DNA from: Bugula neritina
Lineage: Eukaryota; Animalia; Bryozoa
Assembly (NCBI GenBank): GCA_964035545.1
Contig: OZ037766.1
Coordinates: 24,482,126 to 24,546,125 of the forward strand
Direction of reading: 5' to 3'
Length of the DNA: 64,000 nt
How positions within the stretch are numbered: position 1 is the first letter of the stretch; each line of letters starts with the position of its first letter. The notes under the pieces are model-generated. The model was not told the origin of the DNA. It saw nothing but the letters and a program-made list of their open reading frames with translations, and did no database searches. This document shows, piece after piece, positions 38,701 through 53,700 of the stretch. The translations under genes and the position numbers were made by a program.

Positions 38701-41700
38701 ACAGTATATTAGTAGTGCCTACAGTATGTTGGTAGTGCTTACAGTGTGTTAGTAGCGCTTACAGTATGTTAGTAGTGCTTACAGTATATTAGTAGTGCTT
38801 ACAGTATGTTAGTAGTGCTTACAGTATGTTAGAGCACTACTAGCAGTGCTTGCACACAATGATGCTTACACACAAATAATGATGCTTACACAACTAATAA
38901 GGCTTACACGTTGCTAGTGTGAAATGTTTCTCTATCATCTAATGTATCTCTTGTTGCATCACATATATTGCTTAACCTACTAGGCATGTGGTTGCAGGTG
39001 AATGAAACTGTGCTGGAGAGTGTAACCCACGAAGATGCCGTGTCGGCTTTGAAGGCCACCCAAACCAACGTGGTGCTTACAGTGGTCAAACTTGTGTACC
39101 CTTCCGTCACCCCCCAGGGCACACCCAGGAAGGTTAGTGCATTAGTTCATAGTGAAGGTTTTGCTGTGTTGGGCCTCATACGTTACCCACCCCATAATTT
39201 TTTTAAAAATTATAAATTACCGAGGCCAATATGACCAGTTGCTTCGAAGCTGTTACGCTGATGAGATTCTAATGCCATTGAGTTCTTTGAAGTTATCAAC
39301 TTCTGCCGTGCAGCTTCTCTCACTACTAGCAAAAATCTACTTTTTAGTCTAAATAAGAACAGAAATATCTGCACTTTGACCTAGCTTCCAGATCTGATGC
39401 TCTATGAGAGCTGAATAAAAACAACCATGGTATTCGTTTTCATTATTTTCCTACAAACATGCATATAAAGAGTTAAAAGTGTTGAATTCTGTAAACGAAA
39501 ATCTACAAAATTTATTCTATAACTTTCTAGTTTATGAGAGAAATTGTGTGAAAGGTTTTTATCCCTAAGCTATTGGCATTATATTTCATTATTACTCAAC
39601 TAACCATATTCTTAGTTTTTCAATCTTGAAATTTACCACGCAACAAATACGTTACATGCTAATTATCTCTAATAATTAGTTAGTATTTCGATGTTTATTC
39701 TCGTATGGATAACTCCTGACAATGTGTGTTTTATAGACTGTAGCTCCTCCCACAGCCCTCCGAGCTCAGGTAGATCTGCCTGCAGCAGACTCCGACTCTG
39801 GGTGAGTAATACAGTATACAGTGACTATAATACAGTGTGTAGTGACTGTAATACAGTGTACAGTGACTGTAATACAGTGTACAGTGACTGTAATACAGTG
39901 TACAGTGACTGTAATACAGTGTACAGTGACTGTGATACAGTGTATAGTGACTATAATGCAGTGTGTAGTGACTGTAATACAGAGTGCAGTGACTGTAATA
40001 CAGTGTACAGTGACTGTAATACAGTATACAGTGACTGTAATACTGTGTACAGTGACTATAATACAGTGTACAGTGACTGTAATACAGTATTACAGTGACT
40101 GTAATACAGTGTACAGTGACTGTAATACAGTGTATAGTGACTGTAATACAGTGTGTAGTGGCTGTAATACAGTGTACATTGATTACTGGCTGTCAAATCC
40201 TTTTAGTGCACAGTTCTTGCAGTATAAACTACAGATATATTGATGGATAATTATTACACATTGCATGCTCCAGCCAGTATGCTATGTACTACACATACAG
40301 TTGGTAGAGTAGATTATTATATAGCTGATTGCAGACTACTTATAGTACAATTTGTCTGCTGTAATGTCATTTCATTCCACTTGAGCATGCACTAGGACTT
40401 TATTCATGCTGTTGGTATCCACTCCACACCTACACTTCTGTTAATTAATGTACAGGTTTTGGTTGAATGAGGTAAAAGACTTCTTAGTGTTTATTCATAT
40501 TGTCTCCGCTCACTTACATTGTCTTTGTGGGCTCCTAGACAGAGTGGTGCAGTTGCATAACTGGCAAATCTTCATGAAATTAAATTTATGCTAAAAATAT
40601 ATTATATATAAATTCTTCTGTCATGTCTTCAATTTCTTTGCTTTATTCTTTCGCGTAATATATTCGGCATAATCTAAATTTCTGCAGTTGTGGTACTGTA
40701 CTACTACGTCTGAGCTGTAGATCATGTGATTTCATCTCCCTCTATGATTATCAACTAAATTTATAAATTTGGAATTGCTTTTCCTTTCCTCTGCAATCTG
40801 CTGTCTGTGCTAGTTTTAGACCACCCTTATGCAACCAATAATACAGCTACTTTATATATAGTATAACTCAGCTTTGTGGGTTTTCACACAAATTGTATTG
40901 GTAAGGAAAGCAACTCCGTGTGTCTCATTTACTAGCAACTACCTAAAGTAGGGGGGACATACATCAGCCCCACACTCCAAATTAGTATATTCATGCAATC
41001 AGCTACACCATGCACTCTTGCTGACTTGGTATTTAAACTAGAGCTTCTAGACTGGCCAATAACAGACTTAAATAACTTAAGAATGTTATGCTCAATTGTT
41101 AATTGGATGCTGCCATTTACAGTTACTTGATGATTTTAACTGGTTGACATCCAATTCTAATTGCTGCCACTAGCGGATCGCTGCTCATTATTATAACTAT
41201 ATCATTCTTTTTCTTTCTATCTTTAGTAATTTGAAATTCCTTGACGAATTAATAGTTATCTTGTGAGAGCCACCATATGATGCGTTACTTCTGTGTTTGG
41301 CTATTATTATAGTACTGATTTACTGTGACTGTTCCATTTGCCAGCGTGTGCACCACTCAAATCTGCTACATCCTCTCTTTCTATTTCAACTACTCTAGCT
41401 CTTGTATCCTCTCTCAGTTTGACTGCATATGATTGCATTTGAATGTAGAGCTTATTTTTTATTCAAACTTAAAAGCCCTGCTTTGTTAAATGATGATTGT
41501 GAAGACAACTCTTTATGTCACTGTCATCACTTTCACAACCTCTTGACAGTAGAGAAAGTCACTAAAACTGTATTACGAAATGTGGAGTGAGCTTTTAGCT
41601 AGTATCAACTTCATCGCTATTATAATATTGTGACTGATAAAATGCTCACTCCACGTTGCTTAGGCTCACTGAAAAACTCCCAATTGTATTTGTTGGATAA

Positions 41701-44700
41701 TTTATTTCTGCTATTGTCTTGCCAATCATGGATAGTTGTAAGTTGTAAACTGAAAGTTTCCCATGTATACCTGACTTATAACAGTAACCTGTCTAATTAT
41801 GTGTACTTACCTGTCTACCTTTAAGCTTTTGAAACCCTAATTTATGTCTATGTAATTGTATGTTAGTCTTCACCCATGTAATGAAATATATAAACATTTT
41901 AGCTTCTGTATGTTTAAATGGCCTAACCACTTCCCCAAGCAAATCATCTTGCACTCTTAATCTCTTTATTGTATTGTATGCATTTCTCACTGCATGGATG
42001 CAATGCAGTTCCTTTTTCTACTTTGTAAAAATTTGTTAAAACTTTAAAGTTAATAGTTTATTGAATGCATTAGCTTTAGTGTTTAAGTTTTGAAACTGAA
42101 GGCAGACACAATTTTTTTAGTGTCATAAAAAGCTCATTTGCATGAAGAGAACGTAGATTTTAAACTCATAAAATTTGTTGCGTTATTTTCTGTATAGGTT
42201 ACCAGCTACCACTTGATTGGATGTTGGGTTGTTGTGTGGTTTCTATAGTAACGGCTGCCATCTTTACTTGTAGGGATGAATGATGCTGCCGTAGCTTTAG
42301 CTCCGCCCACTGACCTACATCTTTTCATTGGCAGCTGGTAGTCTCTACTGCACCGCTGGCGGAAACATTCCTGTCATGGATAGATTATATATAGAAAACT
42401 TTAGTAGGGCTTGTGTTACTATTGATACGTTTTTCTCTATTATTTTTTCTAATTTTGGTATTGAAATATGCTGGTAGCTTTTCCTAGTAATGTAATATGC
42501 TAGCTGTGGTATACTGGTTCATGATTATGCTGCTTATACTCAATTATTAGTCTTTTCACTCAAAACATTCCGCTAATTTTCCTGCCGAATTGTGAATTGA
42601 TGGGGTTTGTGGCATTCTTTAGAGAGCGCACAACTTCAAATTTACAAAAATACATATCATGTGTTAGTATGGGGCTTTTATAGTTTAGATATAATTTCAT
42701 AAGTACTACCAATTCAGTCTTTGCTCGTGTAAGTTGCAGTGGGGAGAGTGACAAATTATTGTATAATTATACAATTTTGTAGTTTAATATATTGTGATTT
42801 TTTAGGTGTTGGTTGTTGATGCATTTATAAGTTTCTGTAGTTTATAGATGGTGGGTTTTCTTATAGTTTAATACATTCCTAAATGATTTCTCATCTCATG
42901 TTTTACTGACTTTATTTTGCTATATTTTGCAGTCTAGATGCATTAATTGAATTTAGCTAAAATATTTGGTTGCTTAGTGAAAACTTCATCACCAAAGATA
43001 TTGCAAACAAAACTACTGACAAAGTGTACCTCTACATATTGCAGAAAGCACTGAACTATTTTACAAGCTACGATAATCAGTGTTCAGTTTTCATTTCATC
43101 ACTGCATCAACATTAATTTCCCAAAATTGTCAAAAACTACACCTTGCTATTTTCAGCGGAAAGACTCATCTTTATACTCTCCAAATAATTGTGTTAGAAT
43201 TTGTAAAATAGGCTTGATTGTGTTCACTTCTATCATGAATGCTAGTAAACTAAAAAATACATAATATGTGTAAGGCTAAGCAAAGATTCTTTGACCAGAT
43301 TAAAATAATTTAAACTTTACAAATGACTAAGAATGACATCTTTACAGTTGAGCAAAAATTTGAAATTGCTCACTTGAAATGTTATTTGTTGCGACTAAAA
43401 TACCAGCAGCAGTGCAAATAAACCCATATTTTGTATAGTAAACGGTTCTAGTTGCTTACTTGAACATTTTTTATTTTATACAAAGTAGTACTATAGGCAA
43501 AGCAGCTTTTCCATCTTGGCTTTATTTTGTAGTCCAACTAAAGTTTGTGCATTGTTATAATTATATACTCAAGTATGGTTATTTTCACATTGATCAGATA
43601 ACTCCAATGATCTGCATTTGCTTTTATTAATCAATTTGATGTAGTCTGACATCTTCTATAATCCTTTTTCTGTTTAGTTGCTAAAAATCAATTTCTTGGG
43701 GTGGCATTCACTTGTGTCAATGCTGATCATTGTGTGGCGCTTGAATAATCCTTTCTATTTATTGGTTTTCACTTGGCATTTAGTCAATACTGTGCAACTG
43801 AATATTACGTAGCCTGAGAGTTGTAATCTATCACGGGCGGGTGCTGGTATGCTCGCCTTCTATAAAACATCTGTCCTCCTTTTGTCATTTTAGTATACGA
43901 AGAGCATTAGTAATACACTTAAGTATGAAACTAGCATGCTATTCATGAATTATACGGGATTGTAAATCATTCATTGTGAGTAGATGTCACGCTTTAGTAT
44001 TTTTGTAATGATATGAACCAAAGAGAAAGGTTTGAATGTGCTGTTCGTAGTAAAAGCAGGTTACAAGAGCTTCACGACTATAAGTATTTTTCAAGGTAAT
44101 GTTTTGTACTTGGTAACTATCTATGATAGATAATCAAAGTTATTCTTGTCTAGAAATATAGTAATAGCCTACTAAATGGTAACATATTGATAATGTGAGA
44201 AGTTTTGAATATTTTAAAAATTATTATTATTTCTACTCTGTATGTCTCTACTCTGTATGTCTCTACTCTGTATGCCTATACTCTGTATGCCTCTACTCTG
44301 TATGTCTCTACTCTGTCTCTACTCTGTATGTCTCTACTCTGTTTCTACTCTGTATGTCTCTACTCTGTATGTTTCTACTCTGTATGTCTCTACTCTCTAT
44401 GTCTCTACTCTATATGTCTCTACGATCTGTATATTTCTACTCTGTCTCTACTCTGTATGTCTCTACTCTGTATGTCTCTACTCTGTATGTTTCTACTCTG
44501 TATGTCTCTACTCTCTATGTCTCTACTCTATATGTCTCTACGATCTGTATATTTCTACTCTGTCTCTACTCTGTATGTCTCTACTCTGTATGTCTCTACT
44601 CTGTATATCTCTACTCTGTATGTCTCTACTCTGTATGTCTCCACTCTGCATGTCTCTACTCTGTTTCTACTCTGTATGTCTCTACTCTGTATGTCTCCAC

Positions 44701-47700
44701 TTTGTATCTACTCTGTATGTCTCTACTCTGTATCTACTCTGTATGTCTCCACTCTGTATATCGCTACTCTGTATCTACTCTGTATATCGCTACTCTGCCT
44801 CTAACCCTATTAGATTTTTGGCTTCTGTAGTATACTAACTAAACATCCAGTATCTTTGAACTTAATTCTCACTGAAAACAATGGAACTAGCAAATATCAA
44901 CTGGGTGGAAGTGTTGAGTCATTTATCATATTCATATGATGGGCTGGGTGCATTCAATTACATAGGATTCTTTTTGGATAAGTATCACTGACGTGTCAAT
45001 TTTTACTTAAAGAAAGTCACTCAAATTCTTCAACCTACCATTAAGCAGTTCATTGTGACAAGTATGCAATATGATATATTTTTTATAAAATACTAGGAAC
45101 GTTTTGATAGAAGAATTATTCTTAGCAACGAAAGGATACCTTGAACCCTCATGTCCACAGGAAAATACTCATAACTGAAATTTACAGCATTTTGGATTTT
45201 TATTACTTATTGAATTATCAACTTTGCATTTCAATAAATTGTGTCATCATATTAGGGTGGTTGGTTGGCGGAAATTGTTTGCTACTTGCTACAAATTATT
45301 TCTGTTGTCATGAGCCCTACTTGTGTTAATAGCAGCTGTTGTTTGTATCTCAACTCCGTATGTTAAAGATTGCCTTGCTTGTGTCTGCTGTATATTATAT
45401 TTCATTTAGAATGTAAAGTTATGTTACAATAATTACTTTCTAGATTTCTCTTTTAATAAGAGCGACTGGTCACATAATTACACTAAGCCTAGGGCCACAC
45501 GGTGCGTATTTTCGCATGCGAAAATTGAAATCACAAGTAGCAAAGGTGTCCACTGTGCGCGTTGAGAAAACCTTCGCACTTGTCGCTCTGCATTTTCAAC
45601 GCAAGTGCGAATCGTCTCTGTCGTCGTCACCTAATTGGCTGGTAGCTATTCAGCGAGCCCATTTTCTTTATTTAGTGCTATATTCCAGTAAATTGCGTTT
45701 TATTGAAAGCGAGTGCGATTTAAAAATGAATGCTTTATTTATCACGCATCACTGACGCTACAGTGGACACCTTTGCTACTCGTGATTTCAATTTTCGCAT
45801 GCGAAAATACGCACAGTGTGGCCCTAGGCTTAGAAGTTGTTTGAAGTTATGTCTAGACTTTTGTTACTCAGCACGTCAATGACCTGTGTGATTATTACAA
45901 ATTAATTTGAATGTTCTATTTCTAATCAACGTTTACATTATATTTATACAATTTATATCTATAGCGTACATATATAACAGTTTATTATGCAAGTTATAAC
46001 TAATTAGGAGTAATATTTGTAGGGTAGTGTCTTGTTTCACTATATGTAATATGTTAACTTATTACTCAGTTATGGCTGCTAGAACTAGGTATTTATTAGC
46101 GAGTGTGTTGACTAGGTTTTTGTTGATTTTGGGCCATGGGCTAAACAAAATGGATCTTGATATTTTAATATTATCCTTGGGATCCTATTATCTTAGTGTC
46201 CATCAGTAGTGGCTATGGGCTAATTAAAACAATTGTGTGTCATTAGATTTTCTACTACGATACATTACCAGATTGCTGCAAAACTGTTTCCACTAGTAGA
46301 TTAGTATTCATAAGATACCCCTCTATACTACTTGCAAACTTTCCATTCTACAAAACATGCATGTTACAGGCAGGCAGCGTTGTTGATATAGTTTTGTATT
46401 ACTTTGAGTGTTGGCTTTCATTTTAATGACTCCAGTCTGGAACTCATTTGCACAAGGTATTTTAAAGACGTAGCAGTATAAGCTGTGTAGTTCATTCAGT
46501 TGTAGTCAGGTTGTGCTGTAACTATACTTTATTTGTTTTGAAAGTTTGATTTTCTATGCAACTGTTTGGTAAGTTGACTCCACCTATTTGATTAGATTAA
46601 GATATGCTAGAAATAATTATTTTATAATGACATAAATTCTAATGAATGTTTGAATATTTTAGAATTTCTAGCCTTACCTAGTAAACTGACAAGTGTAACT
46701 GATTTTGTAAACATTTGTGAGGAGTAGCTTCATTTAGATTAAGATCTCGTAAAGTTTTTAGTTTGAATGTTTTCTAGAGCACCAAACCCAGTGTTCCCTC
46801 TACCTAGTTTTCTGAGACTGTGTTTAAAGCCAATCATTTCAGATATCTTGGTGATAAGTACTTTCTCTACTTCATCTGAACAAATTATACCCTGCTTTAC
46901 TCTTCTAACCCCCTAGACACAGTAACAAATGCCCGAGCTTCTTGTGGTACGTTAGGATCAAGCACTGCTTGATTAAAAAAAGTTGCTATTAAACAGGAAG
47001 ACGGTTGCATCAATTCATTGGATATAAATGTCTAATGAGGTGTTATAGATCGTACCCAAGAGCGCACTGCACTTTGAGAACTTCAGCCGGGCACATTAAA
47101 AATGGCTGTCTAGAGGGCTAGGCTTTTCTAAATTTCCTATGACAAAAAATGGTTGTCAAATATCTATGTTAATACTGTGATGCTTTCATAGGCAGTTTAT
47201 CATTGCAAAAGGTGTTCGTTTAATAAGAGCAGAGAAAGTTGTTTGTTTGAAGCATTTAATAAATTTTGTAGAGTCAAACTTTTCAGCCAATCAGTGTTCT
47301 TATTTTAAAATATGTTGATTCTGAAATCTATACACTGATGTGGACAGGCTTTTACTCTCTATTTCTTTGAACCAGTGTGACTTTAAATAGTTTTCAGACA
47401 ACAATACTTGGCTAATATTAATGGTAGTTTAACCTTCATTAGTTTACCTTCATCTGATTTAGTCAGTTTTGAGGGTCATAATACTTTATGAAACTGCAAG
47501 AAATGCTTCCTTTTCCACACACGGTTAACCTCATGATGATTTGGATGTTGACTTTAGTGACTTTCACTTCTCTTAGCTACTGCAAATGAGATATATAGTC
47601 TAATGATGCCACTAGCTGCATTTTGCTGTGATTTAGGATTGTTCCCTCTTTATTGGACCCACAACTCCAAATTTGCTTCTTCATTAATTCTATTACTATA

Positions 47701-50700
47701 ATATCATGCCATTAGCTTTAGGGTTGTCAACTTTTATTAAGACAGCAGATTAAATATTACTTAGCATCGATTTATCAGGTCAAACAACTACTGATAATTA
47801 TAACTTAGGCTTTTAGCATTAATGGCTAATCAATATTTTGACTAGCTTATAAAATTAATATTGTATTCTATATTCTCATAAAGTATAGTATTTCAACAAT
47901 GCCATGTATAAGCATGTATCTTAATCACTATTATATTATACACATTAGCTCATTCCTGACTGATCCAAACTCAAATATTAAATCTCTTGTGGCATTTTTA
48001 AAGTAGGAGGTTCTGCGTTAAACAAGATAAGGCAAGCAAATTAGTTTTAGATTAACCCAATTACTATTTCTATTGTAACTATTGTTTGTATGTTGTTCAT
48101 ATGTTGTCCCTGGTGTTATAAATCTACTAATACATGTAACAAGTATACTTTAATGCTATTTATTTCCATAGCATATTTGCAGATGTACACTAATTGCAGT
48201 TGTATATAGATGCAGGAGCGTGTATATAGGAGTGTAGGTACAGGAGTGTAGATACAGGAGTGTAAATGCAGGAGCGTGTATATAGGAGTGCAGGTACAAG
48301 AGTGTAGATACAGGAGTGTATGTGCAGGGGTATAGATCTAGGAGTGTATGTGCAGGAGTGTAGATACAGGAGTGTAGATGCAGGGGTGTAGAGACAGGGG
48401 TATATGAGCAAGGGTGTAGGTGCAGGGATGCGTATGCAGGGGTGTGTATACAGGGGTGTAGAGACAGGGGTATAAATGCCGAGATACAAATGCAGACATG
48501 CAGATGTAAAAGCAATGCGAATGTTTGTCTGTTGCAGAGCTCCACGGCTAGTGATACTCAGGAAGGGGTCGGGTGGTCTAGGTTTCAACATAGTGGGTGG
48601 TGAGGATGGTCAAGGGATCTTCGTGTCTTTCATACTAGCTGGTGGTTCTGCTGACTTGAGTGGGGAATTGAAGACAGGAGATCAGCTGCTTTCAGTAGAC
48701 GGAGTTGATTTGACTAGAGGTGAGGGTTTGTTGAGACCTATTAGAATGCCTGAACCAGCTTTACATAGCCTTTGGTTCTACAGAAAGATTTATCTACAAG
48801 CAGTTTGGATGATAAACAGAATTGAACCAGAAATGGAACAGAACTCAAACTAAATTATCTGTTTCGTAATTATTTTATAAAATGTTTGAAAAAAATGTAA
48901 GCAGTAAAGTGTTAGTCATATCACAGAGGAGTATATGCATAGATAAGGTTCAGTTGTTAAATTATCTACTATTCTAACATACATGTAGTCATGACAGAAT
49001 AACTATAAATACTTTAGCTGCGGGTGGTTGTTGTACTCGTAAAACTGTTACTACACGAGAGAAGACAACTGAGTATTGGCAGCTTCTATCTACAGGTGCT
49101 CCAACGTCATTGGCTGATTATAATAGTAACTTTGTATTAGTAAAGTGTGCTTTTAATTTCTGGAGTACTCGTGGAATGCCCATTAGCTTATGGAAGTTAT
49201 TACAGCAGTATTGTTGGTAACTGAATTAAAGTGTTAATAACCTTCAAGATTTTCTTTTCAGCTGATTAAGCTGCCTAATTCAATTGTACTTGCCCAAGTC
49301 TGGGACTTGCAAGGTATTCAATGTATTTGGACTTCACTTGCTGTTTAGCATTGTTTGGTTAACCTTGACCTAATAGTAACGAGCCTTTCGTATGCTGGTT
49401 TAGATATATGTAAATATAGTGAAGAAGTTTCAACACTCTGAAATACTATTTTGGCCACTTTTGTGAGTTTTGAACTAAATTTTAGCTTGTTTCTCGTTGT
49501 TTTGGTGGATTTGCAGTCTAAATACAAGTTTTTCATAGCACACCCTCTAAAACACCATCAACATGTGTGTACATATAGGTTGTTGAGCTAAAAAGGGAAT
49601 TTTCTCCCCCCTTAGTGTAAAGACCGCTTTTAAAGGAAGGAGGGGGGGGGGCATTGGAAAGGGAATTCTGGTACACAGTGGAATCCTATATTCACACGGA
49701 ATTGTGTTTCTTGAGGATTGGGACCGAAAGCAATTTACAAACTTTGGACTTTTTATTCATCCTAGTAAGATGGTCTAATCAATAACCTTGTCATTGTTTA
49801 TAATAGAGAATGTCTATAAATATGAGTGGTTACTGTAGCTGATATAGCTGACATTTGATTAAGTGGGCAGTGAGTGAGTAAGGCTAATATGCCATATTAT
49901 TCTCTATTGTCACGAAATATTTGCACACCATGTTATCTTATCAACCAGTCTGAGTAAGAATTTATTGAAATTATAAAACTTACGAGAGTATGAAAAATTA
50001 ACCTATCAGAGAGCTTCTCTCTACGTCATCCTGTTATATTAACAAAAGAGCATTGTAATACAGTAAGGGACATGTATATTTTAGTACCTCTTTTGTTAGT
50101 CAGCTAAGCTCTACTTCATGTAATCGCAATATTTCTGACCTACTAAGTTTGATTTAAACACTCACTGGTTATAATTATACATGCTGTGAGTTGACAGAAT
50201 CTTATTTGTACACATGTGACTTGGTGAGTATGCTTCCGTTGCCATAGCAACTGTTTGTTCATTAATCATTATCTCAGTCAGTTGTCATGGAATAATAAAT
50301 TACTCGCACACACAGGGTGTTTTTAAGAGTTAGTTATTAGCATTTTGTTGTATTAAGTATTTAGTACTAGTGTTTACTACTAGTTTACTAGTCTTTAGAT
50401 ATGGGTGGGAGCATGGTTAGATCAAAAAGCTCAGTTGTGAAACAGTATGGTAAGTGTAGAAGTTATTATGAGACTTCGTTTGTTATGCATTCAGTGTCAA
50501 TAGCTTGTTTTAATCTAATTATCTGCTTACTTGAAGTGAATTTTTTGATATTGAAATAGTATGGTTACCTCAACTCTAAAGGAAACTGAATTTACTTGAA
50601 CTTTAAAGGTTTTAAGTTCCTTTAAAATAAATTAACAATGAATATCTATATAGGGAGGTTACAAAAATAGTTGTTGGTGAATTATGCGCTCTGAAAATAT

Positions 50701-53700
50701 TGCAAAATACTGGCATAAACCACAAAAACTAAATAGGCTTGAGCCCTCATACATCTGCAGGAAATATTATATACATTTTTTGCTTCTAATAATTTTAAAG
50801 TGTGTGCTTAGCCCTGCACGCATCAGGGTTCTAATTTTGCTGTGTTTTAATATATAGAAGTGTTTATTGTCGAAAACTGAAAGAAAAGAGAACAGGGATA
50901 AAATTGTAAAGTCAAATGATAAGTGTAGTTGCAAGTGATAAATGATAAGTGTTAAGTGAAGTGAAAGAATAACAGAAAATGCTGGGTCTATATACCAGTC
51001 TAAAAAGTCAGCTTTTTTGTAGTAGCCAGAATCATTGTAGAAAAAGCATAATGTAGCTAACATAGCTATGTAATACAAGTAAAGCTATAATGAATTAGGA
51101 AAAGCTTTCCAAGCTCATGTAATGTCCCAACAAATTTCAGCTTAGTTTAGGTTAAAGTTCTTTATTTAATAATAAAGATGAATTTCTTATACTATCATTA
51201 CGTGATTCAATACAAAATTGTGCGTGTTGCTGGAAGTCCAATTAATGCTCTCAGAGGTAACACAACTTCCAAGGAGCCGTCTATTAGTTGAAGTTATACT
51301 AGGTTTATCAAATTACAATGATATAACTATTTTATTAGAGTTTTAGAGTTGTTTTACCCTCTTCACTACAAATTGTGGAAACCTTGTACAGAGTTTACTT
51401 TGATAGCATCTCTGAGAGACTTGATTACAACAGAGTTTGATTAATTTATGATTCTCATATATGACATGACTTGAAATTTCAAGTTTACAGGTCCAATGTT
51501 GGGACAGTGGCAAATTCTGAAAGTTACAATTAAATATAACATTTATAAAAACTGCCTATATTATTTTAATTCTTTGATAATTGAAGGAATAAAATTGAAT
51601 GTTTTACCACTCAACTAAATGCCAGCTAACTCAAACTTCAGCAATGTTTCCTACACTTACTAGGGGTGTCCCCCTTTTATATATTTGTCCTATTTTTGGT
51701 GTTCACCCTTTCAGGTGGATCACAACTCCGGTGAACTGAATTGCTGGTCGACCTAAATTTAATGCTAGTTGACTAAAACTGAACATGAATTACTATATAC
51801 TAGGTGTTATTTGACTCCATTAGCTCGTCCTCAACTATTAGTATATTCTTCTCTTGTAGCGACACACGAGGAGGCAGCTGGTATTCTGAAACACTCAGGA
51901 GAAACGACTGAGTTGGTGGCCCAGTATCGACCTACGGAATACCATGAGTTTCAGGCTAAGTTCTATGACATAATGGCAACCAAGAAAGCTGGGAGTTTGA
52001 CTACGACTCAGATGAAGTCCCTTTATGTGAGGTACTGACTCACTTGTATACTGACTGATTTGTATAATGACTGATTTGATTCCTTAACTTTGGTTAGAAG
52101 TAACTACCTCGTGGGATCTACTATTAGGAGTAGAGCCAACATATCATGCCATAGGCACCGAGATTTAATCCTAACTTACAAATTATGTAAGTCATTTATC
52201 ATTTTGCCTCAATGAATATAATCTAGCAAATATTTTTATGGAGATAAATACCTTTGAATGAACAACAGCTCACTTCAAACTATAGCTGTGTCTACCTCAA
52301 TAAAGGTAGTATCTGTAGAAGCTTGTCTTAGTATGTTACCGGATGTCCGGTAAAAATGGCACAGGTAAAAATGGCACAAGTGGCAAAGAAGGTAAAAAAT
52401 GGCACATTTTCAGTGTTTGGGTTGGTGTTGGGGAAAATTCAACATCAATTTGCCATTTTTACCTACTTTCCATTACCTGCGCCATTATTACCTGTGCCAT
52501 TTTTAACGATGCCATTTTTATCTAAAATCATGTTACTAGGACACTGAAATTTAAATACTACTTGCCGTAGCCATGGTTTACTTGGAGCTCTAGTGAATAG
52601 CTTTATCTAGAGATTTTATTGCTTAGACCTACTAGAAATTGACATGATAAGATTATGCTTCAACATTTTGGAGTTTTCTGATATACCTTGTTCAGTGCTT
52701 GACAGTGTTTAGGAATAGTGAGGTGACAGTTTTGGTGGTCTTGTCAACCTAGTTATGGAGGTTGTCTGCCATCATTTTGATCTGCCAGCTAGATGGAAAT
52801 TTCAACTTTGTTTGTGTCTAATATTTAATTTATATCCTTTCGGTTTGGCATTTTGCTTTATCATGACTGTTAGAAAGCAGCAGCACATGTTAGCTCATAG
52901 TAGTGGTCTGTAAAGAGCTGGGGCTGTTGAACAGCACCCCGTAATTTACGGAATTTTGTAACCTGAGAAATTGTCAGACTATCAAACAAGCAATCACATT
53001 TCAAACCAAGTGCCAAACCAAAACTTATAAACCAATGCTAAGCCTTACATCTGCACCCTACAGTTTGACTGCCTGACAGCTGGATTTTTTACCATAAATT
53101 ATTTAAGTCCTACTATGGGTACAGCAAGTAAAACAAGTACAGCAGGTTAAGAAGGAAAAGCGGTTTGTTCAACAGGTGTTCACACCAGCCAACTCTCCAC
53201 TTGCATCGTGTTTTATATAATACATTCCATAAAGTCATAAAATGAACAGTTAACCTTTAGTTCTTCTGTCACTCATTTACTGACTCTCAGTCTATAACAA
53301 ATGAGTTGTTAAAGCTGTAGGCTGAGGTCTTTAGGCCCTTTCAAGGGCTAGCTGTTGAAATATTTCTCTTGGGGTTTAGTAATTTGAAGATTGTCTAATT
53401 TGTCCCATTATCGTTGATTAAAATTGATTTTTTTGCTTTAAAATGGTGGATTTCATAAATTTAGTTTCCAGCTGCATGGGGGAGTGAAATGTATTGAGTT
53501 GAATAATTTATAAAAAATAGGAAACAACAAAGGTGCAATGAATCTCTTCTCGAGAAATTTTTATATAGTTTTTGTATTTAAAAGTGTGTAATTTAAAAGA
53601 GTTTGTATGATTGAAAGTATATTATACTCTTTTTTTTAACAATTACCTCCAGAAAGATATATACCAACTAATAACTATGATTGTTAACCGGCTAAAACAA

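Noticed and set aside
42273-42340. Extra DLG1 exon in the PDZ2-PDZ3 intron
   Set aside because: Both plausible readings give a TGA in or at the junction with exon 48538.
44195-44838. ~200-aa ORFs in three frames
   Set aside because: Translations of a stop-free 15-bp minisatellite; the same applies to ORFs at 8450-9037, 39691-40243, 48156-48591 and 22782-23099.
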